A stretch of DNA of 64,000 bases from an uncultured Bacteroidales bacterium (GCA_947168365.1 CAMVLO010000007.1:8642-72641), one strand, 5' to 3'; shown: positions 29,286 to 40,865, numbered from the stretch's first letter. Notes: generated by a model from the sequence alone, not told the origin. A program made the numbers and translations.

Positions 29286-30017
29286 GTGTTTACAGACTTA
29301 TTGTCGTTTTTGAAATTTATTTTTAGGTCCGATAAAAAATTCGTCTTAGAATTAAGACGAATTACGGGCTTTTTTCCAAATCACATCGAGTACTACAAGA
29401 CTGCTCTTATTCACCGTTCTAAATCTATTAGACAAAAGGACGGTTTTTTAGTTAATAATGAACGACTTGAATTTTTGGGTGACTCGGTGCTGGATTTGTT
29501 GATTGGCGAGTATCTTTACAAAAAATTCCCTGAGGAACAGGAAGGATTCCTCACTCAATGCCGTTCGCGCATTGTTAACGGTGAAAATCTTTCTGAGCTC
29601 ACCAAACACATCGGGCTTGATAAACTTGTAAAGACAAATGTGAAAACCAATTCGCAAGGCATTCACCTTTACGGCGATGCTTTTGAAGCCTTTTTGGGTG
29701 CTGTCTATCTTGACAGAGGTTTCAGAAAAGCCGGTAAATATATCATTAAAAGGATTATGCCGAAGTATCTTAATATTGTAGAATTGGAACATCACAACTA
29801 CAATTACAAGTCACAGATGATAGAATGGGGACAAAAAAACAAAAAGACTGTTTCTTTCGAGACCGACCTTGATGCTCCGGGCAGCAAATATTTTGTTTCG
29901 GTAATCAAAATCGGTGACGATGAAATGGGGTCCGGCGTTGGCAGTTCTAAAAAAGAAGCTGAACAAAAAGCCGCTAAAATTTGTCTCGAAAAACTTGGAG
30001 AACTTCAGTGGGAATAG
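29286..30017 (+). CDS. rnc: Ribonuclease III
   Basis: NERLEFLGDSVL, DAFEAFLGAVYLD, dsRBD SKKEAEQ.AA. Confidence 0.97.
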   Translation: MFTDLLSFLKFIFRSDKKFVLELRRITGFFPNHIEYYKTALIHRSKSIRQKDGFLVNNERLEFLGDSVLDLLIGEYLYKKFPEEQEGFLTQCRSRIVNGENLSELTKHIGLDKLVKTNVKTNSQGIHLYGDAFEAFLGAVYLDRGFRKAGKYIIKRIMPKYLNIVELEHHNYNYKSQMIEWGQKNKKTVSFETDLDAPGSKYFVSVIKIGDDEMGSGVGSSKKEAEQKAAKICLEKLGELQWE

Positions 30018-30032
30018 TTTTTATCCTCTGTT

Positions 30033-30141
30033 AAAAAAAATAATTTATGAATAATCGCAGATTAGTTTGTGATAACCGACGAGCCTAACATCGTTATCAG
30101 AAATTAAACACTCACGAGATTGTTCATAAATTATTTTTTTT
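30033..30141. other. Long imperfect hairpin downstream of rnc
   Basis: Outer 24-bp stem (30033-56/30118-41) plus inner stem (30063-76/30093-106). Confidence 0.7.
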
Positions 30142-30236
30142 GTTTTTCTAACATCTTTTACTGTTTACGGTACAGTTAAAAAAAAATCAAAAAAATAATC
30201 AAATATTTTGTCATACTCTTTTTCTATTTTATTCAA

Positions 30237-30812
30237 ATGATAATCCTCAACGATATACTGATTGATGAAGATTTGTTCCTTCAGAAATTTGTTTGTGATC
30301 TCAAAACTTGCAAAGGCGAATGTTGCGTGGAAGGCGATTCCGGAGCTCCGCTTCTTGAAAAAGAATTGTACAAGTTGGAAGAATTTTATCCTCAAGCAAA
30401 AGAATATTTGAGCGAAGAGAATCAGAAAGCCGTAAAAAAACAGGGCTTCGGCGTTATCGACAGCGACGGCGACCTCGGAACTCCGCTTGTTAACAATGCC
30501 GAATGTGCTTTTGCAACTCACAAGGACGGTATTGTGATGTGTGCTTACGAACGGGCATTTTTGGAGGGTAAAACTACTTGGAGAAAACCTGTATCTTGTT
30601 ATCTTTATCCGATTAGGATGTCAAAAGCCGGTCCATTTAGAGTGATGAAATTTCACCGTTGGAGTATTTGCGAATGTGCTATGAAATATGGAACTGAGCT
30701 TGGTGTGCCGGCTTACAAATTTTTGAAAGAGCCGATTATTTCGGAATTTGGTGAAGATTTTTATAATCAACTTTGTGAAGTTGCTGAGGCTTATCTTAAA
30801 TCAAAGAAATAG
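30237..30812 (+). CDS. DUF3109 family protein (Cys-rich)
   Basis: FVCDL..CKG.CCVEGD.GAP, KPVSC.LYPIR. Confidence 0.9.
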   Translation: MIILNDILIDEDLFLQKFVCDLKTCKGECCVEGDSGAPLLEKELYKLEEFYPQAKEYLSEENQKAVKKQGFGVIDSDGDLGTPLVNNAECAFATHKDGIVMCAYERAFLEGKTTWRKPVSCYLYPIRMSKAGPFRVMKFHRWSICECAMKYGTELGVPAYKFLKEPIISEFGEDFYNQLCEVAEAYLKSKK

Positions 30813-30846
30813 ATGTTAAGGCATAAAACCTTAACATCCAAATTTT

Positions 30847-31488
30847 TTAGTGAAGGTTAACATTTATCAGTCTCAAAAATTCTTCTCTTGTTGTAGTGTT
30901 TTTGAGAAACGCACCTGTAAAAGCAGAAGTGGTTGTTACAGAATTTTGTTTCTGAACGCCGCGCATCATCATGCAGAGGTGTGAAGCCTCGATTACTACG
31001 GCAACTCCCCACGGATGAAGTGCTTCCTGAAGACAATCGCGAATTTGCATTGTAAGTCTTTCTTGTACCTGAAGTCTTCTTGCATAAGCGTCTACTACTC
31101 TTGCTATTTTGCTAAGTCCTGTAATAGTGCCGTTTGGGATGTAAGCCACATGTGCTTTTCCGAAAAACGGTAACAAATGATGTTCGCACATCGAATAGAG
31201 TTCGATGTTTTTTACCAAAACCATTTGACTGTAATCTTCTTTGAACAATGCACCTTCCAAAATTTTTTTCGGGTCGATTTGATATCCCTGTGTACAAAAT
31301 TGCATTGCCTTAGCCACACGCATAGGAGTATCTTTGATGCCGTCACGGCTTGGATCTTCGCCTATTTGTACCAACATATTTTTTACGCTGGTTGCGATGC
31401 TGTTTGTGGATTCCTCGTTGTACTTTTCGACTTTGATGTATCTTGTACCCTCGTTGTATTCTGCGCCTTTTTCTGTTAATTCTATCAT
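30847..31488 (-). CDS. folE: GTP cyclohydrolase I
   Basis: [38 protein letters not shown]. Confidence 0.97.
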   Translation of the reverse strand: MIELTEKGAEYNEGTRYIKVEKYNEESTNSIATSVKNMLVQIGEDPSRDGIKDTPMRVAKAMQFCTQGYQIDPKKILEGALFKEDYSQMVLVKNIELYSMCEHHLLPFFGKAHVAYIPNGTITGLSKIARVVDAYARRLQVQERLTMQIRDCLQEALHPWGVAVVIEASHLCMMMRGVQKQNSVTTTSAFTGAFLKNTTTREEFLRLINVNLH

Positions 31489-31560
31489 TTGCAGGAATTT
31501 TTTTGTTGCGAAATTTTTATTAATTTAGTGACTGCAAAATTATATTTTATTTCTCAAAAA

Positions 31561-32238
31561 ATGAAACTCTTTGGCGATGTTTTGATATGTGCATCTTGTA
31601 TTAACGAACTTTCTGAAATTAAGTCGTTTGACACTTTAGATTTAAAAACCGGAGAAGTCTATAATCTAAGTTCTGATATTGATATTCTCATTACCGGGGT
31701 GGGAGCGTGGTTGCCGGTTTTTACACTTCAAAATGTTCTGTTGAAAAAAAAGTACGATTTGGTAATTTTCGTCGGTATTTGCGGTGAGTATGATTTTGAT
31801 AAAGATTTGTGTCAACTTTATGTTGTGTCCAAAACTACATTTGTTGATATGGGTTTTGAGGACGAAAATCAAAATTTTGTTTCAATAATCGGAAGCCGTT
31901 TTTTCGGGGATTGTGATTTCGGATTTCAGTCCGGATATCTAGTTAATCCGTTGTCTGAAAAATTTGCGATGGATTATGGTTTGAAAGCTGTTACTTGCAA
32001 CACTGTAGCAAGATGTTGTACAGACGAAAAACGGATAAATTTTCTTACAGAAAAACATCATGCACAAATCGAGACTATGGAATCGGCTGCATTTGCTTTT
32101 GTTTGTTTGAATCTCAATCAGAAGTTTGTCGAGTTAAGATGCTCATCCAATTATGTTTTGCCAAAGAAGCAAAAAAAATGGCAGGTAAAACCTGCCATCG
32201 CAAAATTGAATGAGTTTCTTGAAACTTATTTTTTCTGA
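31561..32238 (+). CDS. Nucleoside phosphorylase/hydrolase family protein (futalosine hydrolase MqnB-like)
   Basis: LITGVG, GICG, ETMESAA, ELRCSSNYV. Confidence 0.7.
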   Translation: MKLFGDVLICASCINELSEIKSFDTLDLKTGEVYNLSSDIDILITGVGAWLPVFTLQNVLLKKKYDLVIFVGICGEYDFDKDLCQLYVVSKTTFVDMGFEDENQNFVSIIGSRFFGDCDFGFQSGYLVNPLSEKFAMDYGLKAVTCNTVARCCTDEKRINFLTEKHHAQIETMESAAFAFVCLNLNQKFVELRCSSNYVLPKKQKKWQVKPAIAKLNEFLETYFF

Positions 32239-33071
32239 CGGAATGCGTAGTTTTCTACTTCGTGAATACATTCAACTAAGCGTGCGTATTTATCGTCGGT
32301 AGATTGACTTATGCATTCCATGTAAATATTCTTAACCGAGTCGGCAGAAGCCGTAATTTTTTGCAACGGAGCGGTGATATTAATATCCGATTCGCCAAGA
32401 AGAATCTCGTTGCAATAGCTCTTGAGAGAATCAAGTTTTTCGATACCAAGAGCAAGAGTCTTTTCGTCCGGAAGATTTGATGAGTTTACATTTGCAAGAG
32501 TTTCAGAAAGTTTACCAAAATAATAACCCGAAACCATCAAAGCAGCTGTTCCGTACTGATTGTTTTTTTCAGCAGAAGTTACGCATTTGAAGAAATATTT
32601 TTCAGGTTTGTTGGTAGAATTTGCTGTACTATCAGTTGCTGCTACTTCGGGCAAAAGACTTTTAACCATATTCATTCTGTGATTTGCTTTTTCAAAGTCG
32701 CTGCTTGCAAAATATTCTCCGAGTTTAAAAGCAAGTTGATGTTTGTTGACCGAAGAAAAATTGTGGTCCGGTGCAATTGTAGACATCATGATTTTGGGAT
32801 GATGTTCTTCTTTTTTATCGTGATATGCTTTTGTGTCGGCAGAATCCCAAAACGCAAATTGGTATCTGTCAAATATTTCCGGGCGAGAATTTTTTTGCAA
32901 TTTCAAACCGCCTCTTTCTTTTACTTCTGAGTTTGTTGTAACGGCAGATGCTGTTTGTACTTTGTTGTTTTTTGACTTGTTGTCACGAGGGCGTTGTTTG
33001 ATGCCTTCACCGCAAGATGCAAGCATTAATAATGTTGATGCTGCAATGATGCCTAATAATAACTTTTTCAT
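32226..33071 (-). CDS. Hypothetical lipoprotein
   Basis: MKKLL...LASC lipobox. Confidence 0.75.
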   Translation of the reverse strand: MKKLLLGIIAASTLLMLASCGEGIKQRPRDNKSKNNKVQTASAVTTNSEVKERGGLKLQKNSRPEIFDRYQFAFWDSADTKAYHDKKEEHHPKIMMSTIAPDHNFSSVNKHQLAFKLGEYFASSDFEKANHRMNMVKSLLPEVAATDSTANSTNKPEKYFFKCVTSAEKNNQYGTAALMVSGYYFGKLSETLANVNSSNLPDEKTLALGIEKLDSLKSYCNEILLGESDINITAPLQKITASADSVKNIYMECISQSTDDKYARLVECIHEVENYAFRQKK

Positions 33072-33092
33072 ACTGTTTTATTTTTATGTAAA

Positions 33093-33890
33093 CTATCGTT
33101 GATTTTTAATCATAATTCCGGCACAAAAACGTTGATTGTCTTTCATGCGGGCAGAAAAAAATCTGTTGTTGCTGCATTTTGTACAAATATCCGATTTTTC
33201 AATATTCTCAGGTTTCAATCCTAAGGTAATCAAATCGTTGTAAATCATAGATTTCAAGTCGAGAAATACTTTTCCGTTTTTATAAGCGTAAGTTTCGTGA
33301 CTGAATCTCGGATTATTTGTAAATTTTTCTGCGCAATCAGTATCTACCTCGTAACATTCAAAACCAATTGCAGGTCCGATGCACGCAATCATGTTTTCAA
33401 TTTTCGCACCAAAATTTTCTGCAAGTGTTTTTGCGGCTTTTGCTGCTACACCAAGATACGTACCTTCGCGACCTGAGTGTATCGCTGCTGCCGATTTGCT
33501 GTCAGGAGAATAAAGTAATACTGGAACACAATCGGCTGAACGTGTTACTAAACAGATATTTCGCTCTTTAGTTACAAGTATGTCTGTGGCTTTGATTGCT
33601 GTATCCCTGCTTAAAAATCCTTTTCCGCAATCTTCTTGCGTTACGATTTTTACATTGTCTTTGTGAACTTGCTGTTGAAAAACAAAATTTTCTGCTTTCA
33701 ATCCGAGGCTTTGTGCCAACTCTTTGCGACAATCCAAGGTATCTTGGTCGCTGCCGCCGGAGTATCCGATATTAAACATCGTGCCTGAGCCTGAGGGCGT
33801 TTGCCTTGTTGTTACAAAGTTTAGTACTTCGGGATGCTTTTCCAATATATTAAACTTTATTAATCCCGATAAATTGTTGAATGTTAACAT
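33093..33890 (-). CDS. pgeF: Peptidoglycan editing factor PgeF (YfiH)
   Basis: QQVH, ADCVPVL, HSGREG, IGPAI..CYEV, CT.C...FFSAR. Confidence 0.93.
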   Translation of the reverse strand: MLTFNNLSGLIKFNILEKHPEVLNFVTTRQTPSGSGTMFNIGYSGGSDQDTLDCRKELAQSLGLKAENFVFQQQVHKDNVKIVTQEDCGKGFLSRDTAIKATDILVTKERNICLVTRSADCVPVLLYSPDSKSAAAIHSGREGTYLGVAAKAAKTLAENFGAKIENMIACIGPAIGFECYEVDTDCAEKFTNNPRFSHETYAYKNGKVFLDLKSMIYNDLITLGLKPENIEKSDICTKCSNNRFFSARMKDNQRFCAGIMIKNQR

Positions 33891-33986
33891 TAAAACTGAA
33901 ATTTTTTCCAACAAAGATACAAAAAATATGAAAATGACATTTAAATTGTTTATCTTTGTGGCAAACATTTAATAAAAAATAAGATT

Positions 33987-34274
33987 ATGGCATTACCAAG
34001 ATTTTTTCCGGAAACCAAAATTCATCAATTTAATTACAATCCGCGTTATTACGATGCTCAGAAAGAGGAAGTCTCCAGACGTTACGATGAGATTAAAAAA
34101 GAAATGGGTGAGCCGGGTACAGAAGATATTCGCTTGATTCAGAAAGGCACATTCCGTCGTCGTTTTGAGCGTCAACGCAAAGATGCGCGTCAGTCAAGTT
34201 TGAGAATTTTTGTTACTGCAATTGTTCTCGGTTTGATTGTTTACTTTGTTAACCGATATTTCGGATTCTTTTAA
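33987..34274 (+). CDS. Small membrane protein upstream of mutL
   Basis: FNYNPRYYD motif and C-terminal TM helix. Confidence 0.75.
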   Translation: MALPRFFPETKIHQFNYNPRYYDAQKEEVSRRYDEIKKEMGEPGTEDIRLIQKGTFRRRFERQRKDARQSSLRIFVTAIVLGLIVYFVNRYFGFF

Positions 34275-34351
34275 TAGATTTTATTTTTACGTTTAGTAAA
34301 TTATTGTAGCAACATAGTAAAAAAACAAAAAAAACATCTTTTTACAAAATC

Positions 34352-36208
34352 ATGTCTGAAATTATCAAACTGATGTCAGAGGCATTAGCCAATCAGATAG
34401 CTGCCGGCGAAGTAATTCAACGCCCGGCATCTGTAGTGAAAGAGCTTGTGGAAAATTCAGTGGATGCCGGAGCGACAAAGATTACTGTAAATATCAAAGA
34501 CGCCGGACGAACACTTATTCAAGTGATTGACAACGGTCAGGGCATGAGCGAGAAAGATGCTGTTATGAGTTTTGAACGTCATGCTACAAGCAAAATTTAC
34601 AAAACTGACGATTTATTTTGTATTTACACCAAAGGTTTCAGAGGCGAGGCACTTGCATCTATTGCTTCAGTTGCCGAGGTGGAATTGCGTACACGTCAGG
34701 AAGATGACGCTGTTGGTACTTGTGTAATTATGAGCGGCGGACAGTTTGTAAGTCAATCTCCGGTAAGTTGTTCCGTGGGTACAAACATGTCGGTAAAATC
34801 ATTGTTTTTCAATGTTCCTGCCCGTCGCAAGTTTTTGAAAGGTAATACTACTGAATTTCAGCATATTATTACAGAATTTCAGCGTATTGTGCTTACTCAT
34901 CCGCATATTGAGTTTTCGCTGTATCACAACGAATCGGTAGTTTACCAATTACCAAAAGCATCTCTAAAACAGCGAATTATCTCAATCTTCGGAAAAAGTC
35001 TAAATTCAGATTTAATTTCTGTTGACATCGATACTTCGCTCGTAAAAATCACAGGTTTTGTAGGAAAACCTTCGGCAAGTAAAAAACGTAACGACAAGCA
35101 ATATTTTTTTGTTAACAACAGATACATGAAGAATGCGTACTTCAACAAGGCGGTTCTTTTGGCTTACGACAAATTGATATTGCCAGACACTGCACCGCCG
35201 TATTTCCTTTATTTTGAGGTAGATCCGCATACAATTGATGTAAATGTTCATCCTACAAAAACCGAAATTAATTTTGAAAACGGTCCTGACATTTTCCGTT
35301 TGATACAAGCCGGTATTCGTGAAACTCTCAACAAAGCCGATGTTGCGCCTTCTATTGATTTTACAAATACCGAGGCAAACGAGATTCCGTATTTTTCAAA
35401 AAACGATCCTGTACCTGAAATGCCTCAGATTCAGTTTGATCCGTTTTACAATCCGTTTGATTCTACAGAAAAAAAATCATATTCGTCGCCCTCGTACAAG
35501 AGTGCTTACATGCCAAAATATACCGAAACTCGTGAACGTCACAATCTCGAAAATTGGCAATCTTTGTATGGACAAGAACAATTGTTTCAGGATGATGATA
35601 AAAATTTTTCCGGTGCTCAGCAGCAATCTTTGGATCTTGAGAATACCGAACGGAAGATAATTCAGATTAAAAACAAGTATATTGTAAGTCCTGTAAAATC
35701 CGGTTTGATGATAATAGATCAGTATCGTGCTCATTACAGAATACTTTACAATAAATATCTCAATCAGGTAGACGAAAATGCCGACGGTGTTCAGACATTG
35801 CTTTATCCGCAAGAACTTCCGTTTGATATACAATCTGTTGCAATGATTCATGATATACAGGACGAATTGATGAGCGTGGGTTTCGATTTGGATTTAACTG
35901 ATGATACAAAACCGATTTTGAAAGGTATTCCTCCGTATCTTGATAATAATAAAGCTGTTACAATTCTTGGTAATATTGTTGACAGTTACAAAGATGAATC
36001 GGGAAATATATCGTCGTCGATAAAAGATATACTTGCAAAAATACTTGCGAGAGCCGAAGCCATTCAGTCGGGACGGGTTCTCAACAATGAAGAAATGAGA
36101 CAAATTATAGATTCATTGTTTGCTACTCCCGAGCCGAATTATTCTCCCGACGGAAAGCAAACTCTCGTGATTTTGAATATGGACGAGCTTGAAAAAAAAT
36201 TTAATTGA
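34352..36208 (+). CDS. mutL: DNA mismatch repair protein MutL
   Basis: IAAGEVIQRPASVVKEL, HATSKI, GFRGEALASI, DVNVHPTK. Confidence 0.98.
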   Translation: MSEIIKLMSEALANQIAAGEVIQRPASVVKELVENSVDAGATKITVNIKDAGRTLIQVIDNGQGMSEKDAVMSFERHATSKIYKTDDLFCIYTKGFRGEALASIASVAEVELRTRQEDDAVGTCVIMSGGQFVSQSPVSCSVGTNMSVKSLFFNVPARRKFLKGNTTEFQHIITEFQRIVLTHPHIEFSLYHNESVVYQLPKASLKQRIISIFGKSLNSDLISVDIDTSLVKITGFVGKPSASKKRNDKQYFFVNNRYMKNAYFNKAVLLAYDKLILPDTAPPYFLYFEVDPHTIDVNVHPTKTEINFENGPDIFRLIQAGIRETLNKADVAPSIDFTNTEANEIPYFSKNDPVPEMPQIQFDPFYNPFDSTEKKSYSSPSYKSAYMPKYTETRERHNLENWQSLYGQEQLFQDDDKNFSGAQQQSLDLENTERKIIQIKNKYIVSPVKSGLMIIDQYRAHYRILYNKYLNQVDENADGVQTLLYPQELPFDIQSVAMIHDIQDELMSVGFDLDLTDDTKPILKGIPPYLDNNKAVTILGNIVDSYKDESGNISSSIKDILAKILARAEAIQSGRVLNNEEMRQIIDSLFATPEPNYSPDGKQTLVILNMDELEKKFN

Positions 36209-36227
36209 TTTACTTTAAAAGATTTTT

Positions 36228-37055
36228 ATGATGAGAATTACCCCTTGTGTGAAATATTTGTTGATAGCAAATATCATAATTGCTTTGATTGTTGCAATTT
36301 TCCCTGCTGTCAGCGATGTTCTTGCATTGCATTATATTGGCGGTTCGTCGTTTAGACCGTATCAATTCTTTACTTATATGTTTGTACACGCCGGATTGAT
36401 GCATATTTTTTTCAATATGTTTGCCTTGGTACAACTCGGTTCATTGATCGAAACTTATTGGGGAAGCAAACGATTTAGTTTTTATTATTTGGTTTGCGGA
36501 CTTGGTGCTGCAATTGTTCACATGTTGGTTTGTTATTATCAGTTGTCGCCGTTTCAACAATCAGCTCAGGCACTTATGGATAACACTACAGTTGAACAAT
36601 TGAAAATATTTGCAATGCAAAATTCCGATTTGATTTCAAATTTTACTGCCGGAAACAGATCTTTGATGCTGTTTTTTGAAGATATGGTTGTAGAATGGAA
36701 AGAAAATCCGCAGTTAACAGATCAATTTGTAACAATTTTGCATCAACAAATACCTCAGATAGAACATCTTGCACTTGACCGTCAAGTTGTAGGAGCTTCG
36801 GGTGCCGTATTTGGAATTTTGTTGGCTTTCGGTATGATGTTCCCGGATATGAAAATGGGAATAATTTTCTTGCCGTTTCAGTTTCCGGCGAAATATTTTG
36901 TAGCATTTTACGCCGTTGCAGAATTATTTTTCGGAGTAAATGATTTCAAAGGCGACAATGTAGCGCATTATGCTCACCTCGGCGGTATGCTTTTCGGATT
37001 GATACTCATTTTGATTTGGCGTAAACATCCGAACAACAAATTTTTTAACAGTTAA
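36228..37055 (+). CDS. Rhomboid intramembrane serine protease
   Basis: H..FNM, GASG, AHYAHLGG. Confidence 0.93.
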   Translation: MMRITPCVKYLLIANIIIALIVAIFPAVSDVLALHYIGGSSFRPYQFFTYMFVHAGLMHIFFNMFALVQLGSLIETYWGSKRFSFYYLVCGLGAAIVHMLVCYYQLSPFQQSAQALMDNTTVEQLKIFAMQNSDLISNFTAGNRSLMLFFEDMVVEWKENPQLTDQFVTILHQQIPQIEHLALDRQVVGASGAVFGILLAFGMMFPDMKMGIIFLPFQFPAKYFVAFYAVAELFFGVNDFKGDNVAHYAHLGGMLFGLILILIWRKHPNNKFFNS

Positions 37056-37075
37056 CATGAAAAATAATTAAAAAT

Positions 37076-37996
37076 ATGGTAAAAAATAGTTTTCTGAAAG
37101 ATTTGTTTCAGGCGTCAATGCTTAATAAACTGCTAATCATTAATATATTTCTCTATTTAGTGATTGCGTTGGCAGATGTATTATGTTATTTGATAATTCC
37201 GCCACAAACTGATTATATTTCAGCTTTGACGGTGAAATATTTCGCAGTTCCGGCTTACGGTTGGAATTTGTTGACACGTTTTTGGACACCTTTTACTTAC
37301 ATGTTTTTGCATGTAAACTTCTGGCATATATTCGGAAACATGCTTTGGCTGTTTTTTATGGGAAGGATGTTTACCCAACTGCTTACCAACAAACATTTGT
37401 TTGGAGTTTATGTACTCGGCGGATTTAGCGGAGCATTGCTTTATATCCTAAGTTACAATATCTTTCCGGTATTTTCACAAGTATTGCCGATGTCGTTATG
37501 TTTTGGAGCTTCGGCTTCGGTAACGGCAATAGTAATTTCGGTAGCAGTATTGAGACCAGACGAAAGGGTTTATTTCTTCGGAATTTTCCCGATAGCATTA
37601 AAATGGCTTGCGTTGTTCTACGTAGTTTACGATTTGATGCAATTATCAGGAGACAATGCCGGCGGACATTTTGCACATCTTGGAGGAGCAGTTTTCGGAG
37701 CAATCTTCGGATGGCAAATGCGACAAGGCAAAGATTTAACCAAAGGTTTCAACAAAATAATCGATTCAATCGTATTATTATTTTCGTTTTCCGGCAAAAG
37801 AGGTATGAGAGTAGTTTACAGAAATTCCAATACCAAAACATCCGATACAAGTTGCATGAGCGATGCACAATACAATCAGTACAAAGCAAAAGAGCAGCAA
37901 CGGATGGACGAAATATTGGATAAAATTTCCAAATCAGGCTATACGAGTTTATCCTCGGAAGAAAAAGAATTTTTGTATAAAATGAGTAAAAAATAA
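37076..37996 (+). CDS. Rhomboid protease with C-terminal DUF6576-like domain
   Basis: GASA, AHLGGA, DEILDKISKSGY.SL..EEK. Confidence 0.92.
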   Translation: MVKNSFLKDLFQASMLNKLLIINIFLYLVIALADVLCYLIIPPQTDYISALTVKYFAVPAYGWNLLTRFWTPFTYMFLHVNFWHIFGNMLWLFFMGRMFTQLLTNKHLFGVYVLGGFSGALLYILSYNIFPVFSQVLPMSLCFGASASVTAIVISVAVLRPDERVYFFGIFPIALKWLALFYVVYDLMQLSGDNAGGHFAHLGGAVFGAIFGWQMRQGKDLTKGFNKIIDSIVLLFSFSGKRGMRVVYRNSNTKTSDTSCMSDAQYNQYKAKEQQRMDEILDKISKSGYTSLSSEEKEFLYKMSKK

Positions 37997-38090
37997 TTTT
38001 ACAAAAAAATATCAAAAAATATTTTTCCAAAAAAAAAATAATTCGTACCTTTGCGCCCGATCACATTAAAATTTTAATAAATAGTTAATT

Positions 38091-38360
38091 ATGTATTTAA
38101 ACGCTGAAAAGAAACAAGAAATTTTCAAAACCTACGGAAAGTCTAATAAAGACACCGGTTCTGTTGAAAGCCAAGTAGCTTTATTTTCCTACCGTATTCA
38201 GCACTTAACCGAACATCTTAAAAAGAATATTCATGATTTCGGTACAAAAAGAGCATTGACAATGATGGTAGGTAAAAGACGTTCACTTCTTGATTATCTC
38301 AAGAAAAAGGACATCGAAAGATATAGAGCACTTATCAAGGCTTTAGGCTTGAGAAAGTAA
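38091..38360 (+). CDS. rpsO: 30S ribosomal protein S15
   Basis: DTGS.ESQVA, HLTEHLK, VGKRR.LLDYL, LGLRK. Confidence 0.98.
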   Translation: MYLNAEKKQEIFKTYGKSNKDTGSVESQVALFSYRIQHLTEHLKKNIHDFGTKRALTMMVGKRRSLLDYLKKKDIERYRALIKALGLRK

Positions 38361-38373
38361 TTAAAAAATCTTG

Positions 38374-38407
38374 AGGAAAGGCTGATTTTTTTCGGTCTTT
38401 CCTTTTT
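38374..38407 (+). terminator. Terminator or hairpin between rpsO and pnp
   Basis: AGGAAAGGCTGA...TCGGTCTTTCCT followed by T's. Confidence 0.7.
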
Positions 38408-38510
38408 CAATTCTTTACTTCCTTAAATTAGACAATTATTTTTTTGCATAGATATAAAATTTTTTATTATCCGTTGAAATTTTATATCCCTTATCTCAAA
38501 AATTTCTATA

Positions 38511-40808
38511 ATGAACGTAATAACAAAAGAAATAAATCTTCCTGATGGTCGAGTAATTTCCATCGAAACAGGCAAATTGGCTAAACAAGCCGATGGTTCT
38601 GTAATTCTGCGTCAGGGCAATACAGTTCTTTTGGCTACTGTTTGTTCTTCTAAGGAATCTAATCCGGAAGCTGACTTTATGCCTTTGACTGTTGAATATC
38701 AAGAGAAGTATTATAGTAACGGACGTTTTCCGGGTGGGTTCTTAAAACGTGAAGGTAAAGCTTCGGATTATGAAATTCTTACTGCACGTCTTATCGACCG
38801 TGCTTTGAGACCTCTTTTCCCTAAAGATTACCATTCTGAAACTTTTGTGAATGTATATCTTCTTTCGGCTGACAAAGAAACTATGCCGGATGCTTACGCC
38901 GGTTTCGCTGCTTCTTGTGCTTTGGCTGTTTCTGATGTGCCTATCGAACATCCTATTGCTGAAGTAAGAGTAGCAAGAGTTGACGGTAAATTCGTTATCA
39001 ACCCGACTTTTGAACAAAATGAACGTGCTGATATCGAAATGGTAGTAGGTGCTACTTACGAAAACATCCTTATGGTGGAAGGCGAAATGAACGAAGTTTC
39101 TGAAGCTGAAATGCTTGAAGCTATCAAAGCTGCTCACGATGCTATCAAACCGCTTTGTCAAATTCAGAAGGAATTGGCTGAAGCTAAGGGTGTTGTAAAA
39201 CGCGAATACGAACCTGAAATTTCTGATCCAGAACTTCAGGCTAAGATTAAGTCTGAACTTTATCAGAAAATTTACGATACAGCTAAGTTAGGTCTTCCTA
39301 AACATGAAAGAGCTGATGCTTTTGACAAAATCGAAGAAGATTTTATTGAATCTCTCGGCTTAACTGAGGAAGAACTCGAAGAAAAGAAAATTCTTATCGA
39401 CAGATATTTCAACGACGAACTTCGTACTGCTGTACGTCGCCTTATTCTTGATGAAGGTATTCGTCTTGATTCTCGTAAAACCAACGAAATTCGTCCTATT
39501 TGGTGCGAAACAGATGTACTTCCTTCAGTACACGGTTCTGCAATTTTCACTCGTGGTGAAACTCAGTCGTTGGCTACTTGTACTTTGGGTACAAAACTCG
39601 ATGAACAAATTATCGACGGTGTTTTGGAACAAGGCAGAAACAATTTCCTTCTTCATTACAACTTCCCTCCGTTTGCTACAGGCGAAGCTCGTGGCGTAAG
39701 AGGTATTTCTCGTCGTGAAGTAGGTCACGGTAACTTGGCTCACCGTGCTCTCAAGAAAGTACTTCCTTCTCCGGAAGAAAATCCGTATACAATCCGTGTA
39801 GTTTCTGACATCTTGGAATCTAACGGTTCTTCTTCTATGGCGTCAGTTTGCGGCGGATGTCTCGCATTGATGGATGCCGGCGTTAAGATTAAGAAACCGG
39901 TTTCAGGTATTGCAATGGGTCTTATCACCGATACTGAATCAGATAAATACGCTGTATTGTCAGATATTCTCGGTGACGAAGATCACTTGGGCGATATGGA
40001 CTTCAAAGTTGCAGGTACTCCTGACGGTATCACTGCTTGTCAGATGGATATCAAGGTTGACGGTTTGAGCTACGAAATCCTTTCTAACGCTCTTCAACAA
40101 GCTAAAGAAGGTCGTGCTCATATCCTCGGCATTATGCTTCAGACGATTGCAAAACCAAGAGAAGATTTCAAACCATTCGTACCTCGTATGGTGAAATTTG
40201 CAATTGCAAAAGATTACATCGGAGCTGTTATAGGACCCGGTGGAAAAGTTATTCAAGAAATTCAGGCTTCTACAAATTCTGTTATTACTATCGAAGAGCT
40301 TGAAGGTCAAGGCATGGTTTCTATCTCGGCTGTCAACAAGGCTGATATGGATGCTGCTGTTGCAAGAGTTCGCGCTATTGTTGCTGAGCCGGAAATTGGC
40401 GAAGTTTACAAAGGTAAAGTAAAATCAGTAGTAGAATTCGGTGCTTTCGTTGAAATCCTCCCTGGTAAAGAAGGTCTTCTCCATGTTTCTGAAATGGATT
40501 GGAAACGTATCGACAACGTAGCTGATGTTATCAAAGAAGGCGACGAAGTAGAAGTAAAACTTATCGATATTGATAAGAAAAACGGTAAATTCAAACTTTC
40601 TCGCAAAGTGCTTCTCCCAAAACCTGAAGGCTATGTAGAAAGACCTGTTAACGATTTCAAACGTCCTAACAACGGTCCTCGTCCAAACGGCGGCAACCGT
40701 GGTAATGGAGGCAACAATCGTAATGGCGGTAACAATCGCGGTGGCAACAATCGCGGTAATTTCCGTCCTAACAACAACGACAACAATAATTTTGCTCCTC
40801 AAGAATAA
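38511..40808 (+). CDS. pnp: Polyribonucleotide nucleotidyltransferase
   Basis: [28 protein letters not shown] and S1 domains, Asn/Gly/Arg-rich tail. Confidence 0.98.
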   Translation: MNVITKEINLPDGRVISIETGKLAKQADGSVILRQGNTVLLATVCSSKESNPEADFMPLTVEYQEKYYSNGRFPGGFLKREGKASDYEILTARLIDRALRPLFPKDYHSETFVNVYLLSADKETMPDAYAGFAASCALAVSDVPIEHPIAEVRVARVDGKFVINPTFEQNERADIEMVVGATYENILMVEGEMNEVSEAEMLEAIKAAHDAIKPLCQIQKELAEAKGVVKREYEPEISDPELQAKIKSELYQKIYDTAKLGLPKHERADAFDKIEEDFIESLGLTEEELEEKKILIDRYFNDELRTAVRRLILDEGIRLDSRKTNEIRPIWCETDVLPSVHGSAIFTRGETQSLATCTLGTKLDEQIIDGVLEQGRNNFLLHYNFPPFATGEARGVRGISRREVGHGNLAHRALKKVLPSPEENPYTIRVVSDILESNGSSSMASVCGGCLALMDAGVKIKKPVSGIAMGLITDTESDKYAVLSDILGDEDHLGDMDFKVAGTPDGITACQMDIKVDGLSYEILSNALQQAKEGRAHILGIMLQTIAKPREDFKPFVPRMVKFAIAKDYIGAVIGPGGKVIQEIQASTNSVITIEELEGQGMVSISAVNKADMDAAVARVRAIVAEPEIGEVYKGKVKSVVEFGAFVEILPGKEGLLHVSEMDWKRIDNVADVIKEGDEVEVKLIDIDKKNGKFKLSRKVLLPKPEGYVERPVNDFKRPNNGPRPNGGNRGNGGNNRNGGNNRGGNNRGNFRPNNNDNNNFAPQE

Positions 40809-40832
40809 TTCTGTAGCAAATTATATAAAAAT

Positions 40833-40865
40833 AAAAAAAGGCTGTCCGTCGGGCAGCCTTTTTTT
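40833..40865 (+). terminator. Terminator after pnp
   Basis: AAAAAAGGCTGTCC-GTC-GGGCAGCCTTTTTT. Confidence 0.85.

Noticed and set aside
40660-40800. Low-complexity AAC/GGC repeats at the end of pnp
   Set aside because: They encode the usual disordered Asn/Gly/Arg-rich PNPase tail.
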